From positions 62,001-126,000 of the IMG/VR virus record IMGVR_UViG_3300049217_000071: DNA of 64,000 bases. One strand, written 5' to 3'. Positions 57,885 to 64,000 of the stretch are shown in pieces (within the stretch, counting starts at the first letter, position 1; every line of letters begins with the position of its first letter). The notes under the pieces are model-generated. The model saw only the letters and a list, made by a program, of their open reading frames with translations. It was not told the origin of the DNA and did not search any database. Position numbers and translations under genes: made by a program.

Positions 57885-59996
57885 ATGAAACTGGATGGCG
57901 CTAAACCGTTTTTTGAGTCATCAGGAGATATGGAGGAGCAATTCTTCTCCGTAGAAGATCAGGGAATGATCTTCGACATCTTGCGCAACAAGATGTATTC
58001 CAATCCTATTCTGGCAATCTGTCGTGAGATTGCTTGCAACGCCCGAGATGCCCATCGTGAAGTGGGCAAGCCAGACGAGCCCATCCATATTCAGTTGCCA
58101 GTTGGCTTGCAGCCCGAATATCGAATCAAAGACTTTGGCCCCGGCATCAGCACAGATCGTATGCTCAATGTTTTCATCAAGTATACGGCCAGCACTAAAC
58201 GCCAAGACAATATGCAGACGGGTGGTTTTGGCCTGGGTGCTAAGACGCCTTTCTCCTATAGTGATCAGTTCCACATTACTACGGTAGTAGATGGTATCAA
58301 ATACAGCTATACTTGCGGTATCGACGAAACCAAGGTAGGTAAGCTGGTGCTCTTGGGCAAAGAACCGTCCGAGGAACCCAATAGCACGGAAATTGCCGTA
58401 CCTGTTAAGCCACAAGACTACAATTCCTTCCGTCAGTATACGGAACAAGCCTGTCGTCGTTGGACGGTTAGACCCAGTATTACTGGATCCAATATTGTCT
58501 GGTCAGAACACAAGAAGCTTCTGGAGGGCGCCAACTGGGTTATGGAAGAGTCAGATGGCGGCTATTATGGAGGTCAACATCCCAAGTTAGTGATTGATGG
58601 CATTGAGTATCCTTTGGAGTTAGAAGCCCTCAGAAAGTATGCAGATGCTAAACTGATCGCCTCTATCAAAGGTGATCTGGTTATGTATTTCGGAGTGGGC
58701 GAGCTAAGCTTGTCAGCTAACCGTGAGCAAGTTTATTTGGATAAGCCGACTCAGGATAAAATCGGCACTCGTTTAGAAGAGATCCAAAAAGAAATCAAGA
58801 TACGAGTGGAAACCAAGATTGAGACCTTCCTCAATTATTGGGATGCCAATCTTTACTACCGTAAAGAGATGAATGCATACTTCAACAACATAGACTTTTT
58901 GTTGCCTCTGTCCTGGCACGGTCATCAACTGACTAACAGGCAAGGCTCCGTCAACATCGGCTGTAATGTCTATTACTTCGAGCGAGGTAAGTATTCCCGT
59001 AAGTATGGACCTCAGCCCGACAAGCTGAGTCGTAGTATTATGCAGGTTCTTACTTTTGAGAATGATTATGAGTTGTATCTCAATGATCTCTCTATCAAAG
59101 AGCCCACCATCAAGCACGTCAAGAAAGCCTTTGACGATAACCCAGCTCTCAAACGCATCCAAGTTATCTGTCCGACAGATACTGTCACAGAAGACAGCTT
59201 GAACACCAAGTTTCATTTGGATCTGATGTTGCCTAAGAGGCTCTCTTCCATTACCAAGGCAAAGGGCCGTGCTTACACGCCCTCAGCATCCAGGCTGTTC
59301 ATCTTCAAGTTTGACCCCGTCCCTGGAGATTTTCGTCAGGTGAGTTATGATGCGATGGAGGAAGATCCTCACCCCACCAAGGTGCTGTGCCTACTGCATC
59401 GTCGTGATAATGATCGTATTCCGATCCTGATCAATCAGCCTACCCAACCTTTCGATCTTTTCCGAGCCCTCTTGGAAAAGAATTCAGACGTTTCTTTTTA
59501 TGGAGTGGATCAAAACACCGATAAGGATAGGTTGGAAGAAGAGTTCAGTGATTTCACCAAGGCAGATGATTTTATGGACACTGAAGTCTTCAATAACAAA
59601 GCTATCAACTTCTTGGAGATCAAATTCGCACAGGACAAAGATGATTATCGGAATCATCATATGATAGAAATTCTGGATCAGATAGAACCACTAATCCTAG
59701 ACAAGCAGAGTCTTTTTCTTACCAGGCTCTTCTTACTGCAAAAACTGGCGAAGCTCAAGGATACTAACAAAGCGTTGCTGTTCATTTATGAGCAGGTCAA
59801 AGGCGAGATTACTGACGTAGCCTTGGGAGATTTTGCCACGGACAATCCAGAGTGGGATATTGGGAAGATTGACAATCAATATGAGTCGAGATATCCTCTG
59901 CTGACGGCCTACGACATTTACACTAAGGCCTACGCTCGCATTGAAGACATCGCGCACTACGTAAATCTAATAGACAAAGAACTAGCAGGAGTATAA
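57885..59996 (+). CDS. rIIA: RIIA-like protein (GHKL ATPase domain)
   Basis: YSN...AICRE...NA.DAH, D.GPG, STK, GGFGLG.K.PF.Y; adjacent to rIIB. Confidence 0.88.
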   Translation: MKLDGAKPFFESSGDMEEQFFSVEDQGMIFDILRNKMYSNPILAICREIACNARDAHREVGKPDEPIHIQLPVGLQPEYRIKDFGPGISTDRMLNVFIKYTASTKRQDNMQTGGFGLGAKTPFSYSDQFHITTVVDGIKYSYTCGIDETKVGKLVLLGKEPSEEPNSTEIAVPVKPQDYNSFRQYTEQACRRWTVRPSITGSNIVWSEHKKLLEGANWVMEESDGGYYGGQHPKLVIDGIEYPLELEALRKYADAKLIASIKGDLVMYFGVGELSLSANREQVYLDKPTQDKIGTRLEEIQKEIKIRVETKIETFLNYWDANLYYRKEMNAYFNNIDFLLPLSWHGHQLTNRQGSVNIGCNVYYFERGKYSRKYGPQPDKLSRSIMQVLTFENDYELYLNDLSIKEPTIKHVKKAFDDNPALKRIQVICPTDTVTEDSLNTKFHLDLMLPKRLSSITKAKGRAYTPSASRLFIFKFDPVPGDFRQVSYDAMEEDPHPTKVLCLLHRRDNDRIPILINQPTQPFDLFRALLEKNSDVSFYGVDQNTDKDRLEEEFSDFTKADDFMDTEVFNNKAINFLEIKFAQDKDDYRNHHMIEILDQIEPLILDKQSLFLTRLFLLQKLAKLKDTNKALLFIYEQVKGEITDVALGDFATDNPEWDIGKIDNQYESRYPLLTAYDIYTKAYARIEDIAHYVNLIDKELAGV

Positions 59997-60000
59997 GATC

Positions 60001-60933
60001 ATGAGCAAAGAAGTAAGTTGGTTGGTCACGAACGAGAACGTAACCGTTAGGTGGGAAGGTCAGTCGCACATTGTTAGTCGAGGTACGCCCTTGGCAGATG
60101 ATCTGATTGCCGCCCTCAAAGATGGCAGGAAGGACGAGATACCTGAGCTTATCTCGGTGGCCTCCCGAATCAAGACCTTTTCCAAGGGAAATTTCGTGGT
60201 GGACAAAGGCCGTGTGCTCATCAATGGGGTGGAAGCTCCTCGTGTCTTGAGTGATAGAATTGTCCAGTTCTCTAATGAAGGACTACCTTTTCAGCCCTTG
60301 CTCAAGTTTGCCGAGAACTTGCAACAGAACCCGTCCTTCCGAGCGGTCAATGAACTGTTTCAGTTCTTGGAGAAGAACAATCATCCTCTAACGGAGAATG
60401 GCTGTTTCATTGCTTACAAGAAGGTTCGTTCTGACTTCAAGGACGCCTACACCGGCACCTTCGATAACTCGGTAGGTGAAACACCTTCTATGCCGCGCAA
60501 TCAGGTCAATGAAGACCCTACGCAAACTTGTAGCGATGGTTTGCACGTGGCTAACTGGCACTATGCGGCCAACGTCTACTCGGCAGAGACAGACGCTATT
60601 ATGATTGAGGTGGAAGTCAACCCAGCTGATGTGGTAGCCGTTCCAGTCGACTATGACCAGGCCAAGATGAGGTGCTGTAAGTATAAGGTTCTTTCGGTGG
60701 TAACTCAGCCCCACAATGACAACGTGGCTCTTCGAGTAACCAGTCCAAGTTATACGGAAGAAGAGGAAGAGCCTTGTTATTATTGTGGAGAGACCGATTG
60801 CACCTATTGTGATGAATGTGATAGTGAGTGTGGGAATAACTGTGATTGCGATCGTAGCGAAGCCTCTCTCGATGATGACGATGAGGAAGAGGAAGAAGAG
60901 TATCCTTACGAGGATGAGATTGAGGGCGAATGA
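60001..60933 (+). CDS. rIIB: RIIB-like protein with Cys/acidic tail
   Basis: NPS.RAV.EL..FL, G.F.AYK.V, MPR..V, CS.GLHV, V.P.DVV.VP.D...K.R.C.Y.V. Confidence 0.9.
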   Translation: MSKEVSWLVTNENVTVRWEGQSHIVSRGTPLADDLIAALKDGRKDEIPELISVASRIKTFSKGNFVVDKGRVLINGVEAPRVLSDRIVQFSNEGLPFQPLLKFAENLQQNPSFRAVNELFQFLEKNNHPLTENGCFIAYKKVRSDFKDAYTGTFDNSVGETPSMPRNQVNEDPTQTCSDGLHVANWHYAANVYSAETDAIMIEVEVNPADVVAVPVDYDQAKMRCCKYKVLSVVTQPHNDNVALRVTSPSYTEEEEEPCYYCGETDCTYCDECDSECGNNCDCDRSEASLDDDDEEEEEEYPYEDEIEGE

Positions 60934-61115
60934 TTTTTGAGGTGGGAGCCAGACTATGGATTTGTGATACCTGTGGTATAGAAGTATTATTACAAGTACG
61001 CAATTACTCTGCTGGCCCTCCAGAAGGCTGGACTATGAGAAGAGAGCGGCTTCATTGGTACTCTCTTCCAATCATCAAATGCTATTGTTCTGAATGCTCC
61101 AGCGTTTCCCATTAA
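60930..61115 (+). CDS. small Zn-finger protein
   Basis: CDTCG...PEGW...CSEC. Confidence 0.6.
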   Translation: MIFEVGARLWICDTCGIEVLLQVRNYSAGPPEGWTMRRERLHWYSLPIIKCYCSECSSVSH

Positions 61116-61689
61116 CAATGCGTGAAATTTGTGCGGCAGACAGGCTGAATATTCTACAAAGTTCAGCCTGTTTATATTTGCCTGTGGCAAACAGGTCGCA
61201 TATTTCTTTTACCTGCTCTTTGGTAATTTTTGCTCTTACTTTAAGTAAAGCTTCTTTTACATGAGACTTCATACTATTTCCATAGTTGCCATTAGCCTTA
61301 CCAAACAGTTGAACGCCATGCATTGGATTACCTTCGCCTGAATTCAATCTGCTCATACGCCGTTTACGCTCTTCAGTCCATTTAGTACCAGTCACCCCAT
61401 CGCCACCATCCGTTTCATTGTATACTTGATAAGAGTTTTCTTTTAGAAATTTGATCCATTCAGCTTCTCTATCATTAGCTTGCTCTTTGGTTTCTAATTC
61501 CTCAATTACTTTGAAGGCAAACTTATCGGCACCATATTTGTTTATGGCGCAATGAACCGCGTATCTCTTTTTAGATTTGGCATCTGATTTATGGCGCTTC
61601 CAACGCTCCCTGGGATTATTGGTAATTCCTACGTAAAGCTTGCCATTAATTGTATTGAATATCAGATATAAATAAAACATTACCTTCAT
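61075..61689 (-). mobile_element. GIY-YIG endonuclease gene
   Basis: YLY.I.N.INGKLYVGIT, YNETDGG, C-terminal HTH. Confidence 0.92.
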
Positions 61690-61737
61690 CTCCGTATGTG
61701 AGATATAGTTTTATTGATAGGATTTTACGGAGATATT

Positions 61738-62916
61738 ATGAATATTGCAATACTTGGGGCAGCTTGGGGTGATGAAGGTAAAGGACACATTACTCACCAC
61801 CTTTCCAAAGATTACGATTGGGTAGTTAGGTTTGGTGGTGGTGCCAATGCGGGCCACACTATTTACCGAGATGGTAAGAAGTATGTCCATAACCTGCTTC
61901 CTTCTGTTGACTTCCGAGTTCCTCAGGTCAAAGCCTATTTGGGCTCGGGAATGGTCATTGACATTGAAAAGCTGCGTGATGAAGTGTATGATGCCGATGA
62001 AGCTTTTCCGGGAGTGGGTAAGCGTATCTATGTTGACAAGAACGCCTTCATCGTAACCGACCATCACAAAGCAGAAGATAAAGCTAAGAACGGTCATCTG
62101 GGAACTACCTGTCGTGGTATTGGTCCCGCTTATAGAGATAAGATTGAGCGCACTGGCACACGCGTTGGAGATCTTCTCAAAGGTGGAGATCCATACTGGA
62201 ATGACTTTATGTATCAGTTGGTTGGTAAGGGTGTCCGATTCGTGGATCTCTTGCAAATGCGAGATGAGATGTCTCGTGGCAATATTCTTTACGAGGGAGC
62301 CCAAGGCGTTCTCTTGGACATCAATAACGGCATCTATCCTTACGTGAGTTGCAGTGATTGCACTGTAGGCGGCATCTATTCCAGCGGTTTTCATTTTGCA
62401 CCTCCTCAAAAGGTTTATGGAGTAGCTAAAGCTTACACTACTAAAGTAGGTGAAGGTCCTTTCCCTACCGAGCTATCTGGTGAAGAAGCAGAGGCCCTTC
62501 GTAAGAGAGGTAAAGAATATGGAGCCACTACAGGTCGTCCCAGGCGAGTAGGTTGGTTGGATTTGCCAGCCTTGGATTATGCTTGCAAAGTTTCTGGCAT
62601 TACCGATCTTATCCTGACCAAATTTGATGTCTTGGCTGGAATGGAGAAGGTTCCGGTTTGTGTCTTGTATGAAGAACAGCCTCGTAGTCCAACGGCGTTC
62701 TTTGATGCCAAGCCCCAGTATGTCAATCTAAAAGGTTGGGAGACTGTGGAAAGGCACGAACACGAAATTAGGGGGTCGGGTTTTAGAGGGGTCGATTTTG
62801 CTGGCGAGCTGTATGATTTCATTGACCAGGTCGAAAAGTCTACTGGTCATCGAGTCGGATACGTTTCTCTGGGGACCGAAGACAAAGATATAGTCAAGTG
62901 GCACTACTACGGTTGA
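61738..62916 (+). CDS. purA: adenylosuccinate synthetase
   Basis: G..WGDEGKG, GG.NAGHT, GIGPAY.DK, EGAQG, YPYV, GATTGRPRR.GW.D. Confidence 0.96.
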   Translation: MNIAILGAAWGDEGKGHITHHLSKDYDWVVRFGGGANAGHTIYRDGKKYVHNLLPSVDFRVPQVKAYLGSGMVIDIEKLRDEVYDADEAFPGVGKRIYVDKNAFIVTDHHKAEDKAKNGHLGTTCRGIGPAYRDKIERTGTRVGDLLKGGDPYWNDFMYQLVGKGVRFVDLLQMRDEMSRGNILYEGAQGVLLDINNGIYPYVSCSDCTVGGIYSSGFHFAPPQKVYGVAKAYTTKVGEGPFPTELSGEEAEALRKRGKEYGATTGRPRRVGWLDLPALDYACKVSGITDLILTKFDVLAGMEKVPVCVLYEEQPRSPTAFFDAKPQYVNLKGWETVERHEHEIRGSGFRGVDFAGELYDFIDQVEKSTGHRVGYVSLGTEDKDIVKWHYYG

Positions 62917-62932
62917 TGATATAGAACAGGGT

Positions 62933-63964
62933 ATGTTAGCTCTGGATAAGATTGATCCACAATTTAGAAAGCTGGTCGACCAACTATTTTTCACCGATAG
63001 AACCGATCTGGACACTTCTAATTTCTCAGCATTGCTGGGAAACAAAGACGAACACTTTGCCTACCTACATGATCGCTTTACTCGCAGTTTAGAGATCTTC
63101 TGGGATGAGGCTTTTTGGTTACATCGTTTTGATCTACTATTGTCTTTACATTCCAAAAGGGCCTCTATGGTTTTAGAGCCGCACCTGATTTCTCAGTTCC
63201 GTTCTTTGATCATTAGGAATTCGCAAGCTAATATCAACACTGATAATGCCTATATACAGTTCGTAGCTTGGTCGAAAGCCAAGAGCAGTAGGAAGGAAGA
63301 CGTTTCGGCTATTCGAGATTTCTTGTTGGGCCTTCCTCATATCATTCAGATCAATAGACTAACTGGTATAGTTTCTAACTTTGCCCCTCATATCTTCCAA
63401 AGCTGTGATGAATACATCGAGATTATCTCCAAGAAGATTGGGCAAGTAGCTCGCAACTTTGAGGTCTTGCAGCAATTAGAAAAGCAGGGACTCAAAATTG
63501 ATAAGGGCCCCGTCTTCAAGTTAGCTAAAGACCTGTTTCTCAAAAGAGTGCCTAATCGTAGTAATAAGCGCGCCCTGTTCATTATGATGGAAGATACGGC
63601 AGTGATGGGTCATTTGCAATCGGAATATCGTCCCCCCGTTCATCGATCCCGTTTGACCGATCTAATAGTATCCTGTGATTACAAGGAATTAGAACAGCAT
63701 CACTTGCGCAACATCAAGAACCTGCTTATCTTGGACGCCACCTTAGCGGATGAAATCTTATTCACCTATCTAGACAGTTTATACACATGTAGGGCTGGAT
63801 ATAAACGATCTAACATCAAGCGACTCATCCGTGTTTGCAAGACTTTCTCACAACTCTCTTCCAAAAAAGTATTGGCTTATCTGGCATCTACTAACAGAAT
63901 GTCTGACATCAAATATGTCTTGAAGGCATTCCCAGAGTTGAAACCCCTCGCCCCTTTTATATGA
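62933..63964 (+). CDS. hypothetical protein
   Basis: 343-aa ORF. Confidence 0.7.
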   Translation: MLALDKIDPQFRKLVDQLFFTDRTDLDTSNFSALLGNKDEHFAYLHDRFTRSLEIFWDEAFWLHRFDLLLSLHSKRASMVLEPHLISQFRSLIIRNSQANINTDNAYIQFVAWSKAKSSRKEDVSAIRDFLLGLPHIIQINRLTGIVSNFAPHIFQSCDEYIEIISKKIGQVARNFEVLQQLEKQGLKIDKGPVFKLAKDLFLKRVPNRSNKRALFIMMEDTAVMGHLQSEYRPPVHRSRLTDLIVSCDYKELEQHHLRNIKNLLILDATLADEILFTYLDSLYTCRAGYKRSNIKRLIRVCKTFSQLSSKKVLAYLASTNRMSDIKYVLKAFPELKPLAPFI

Positions 63965-63971
63965 GCCTATT

Positions 63972-64000
63972 ATGATGCACCTAACTGAAAAAGCCGCCAA
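63972..64000 (+). CDS. partial ORF, possibly HesB/IscA-like start
   Basis: MMHLTEKAA only; truncated by window. Confidence 0.3.

Overview
This window looks like part of a large (jumbo-type) dsDNA bacteriophage genome. It is gene-dense, mostly + strand, standard genetic code, with no capsid, terminase or CRISPR array here. It carries 18 tRNA genes, including five tRNA-Arg that cover all four CGN anticodons. Translation and tRNA-maintenance genes are EF-Ts, a single-chain PheRS, Thg1, an RNA-ligase-like protein, Pth2 with one in-frame TGA, and EF-G and L7/L12-like remnants. There is a near-complete NAD+/ADP-ribose toolkit (NAMPT, ADP-ribosylglycohydrolase, WGR-PARP, macrodomain, NADAR, SLOG/YspA, a deleted second PARP), plus RNase HII, UvrD, NAD-dependent ligase, GS-II, PurA, GroES, MoxR-VWA and rIIA/rIIB. 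Ten intact or near-intact HNH/LAGLIDADG/GIY-YIG genes and three remnants are present. The most striking structure is not in the ORF track. At five sites an endonuclease gene sits between two divergent copies of the same protein terminus: N-termini at about 10.15, 14.3 and 46.0 kb, C-termini at about 35.8 and 38.0 kb. This suggests endonucleases that invade coding sequence without splicing by bringing a recoded replacement end of the gene. Several of them share a CG(C/A)G-(A/T/G)-TATATA promoter-like motif, in some cases inside an RBS-hiding hairpin. Other leads are a ~105-nt kissing-loop RNA between two tRNA-Val genes, a shared C-terminal 'KLKTxLLFS' tag on unrelated small proteins, and a K-[YI]-[AG] motif on minus-strand proteins. 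All protein calls come from motif recognition by eye; no database searches were run.
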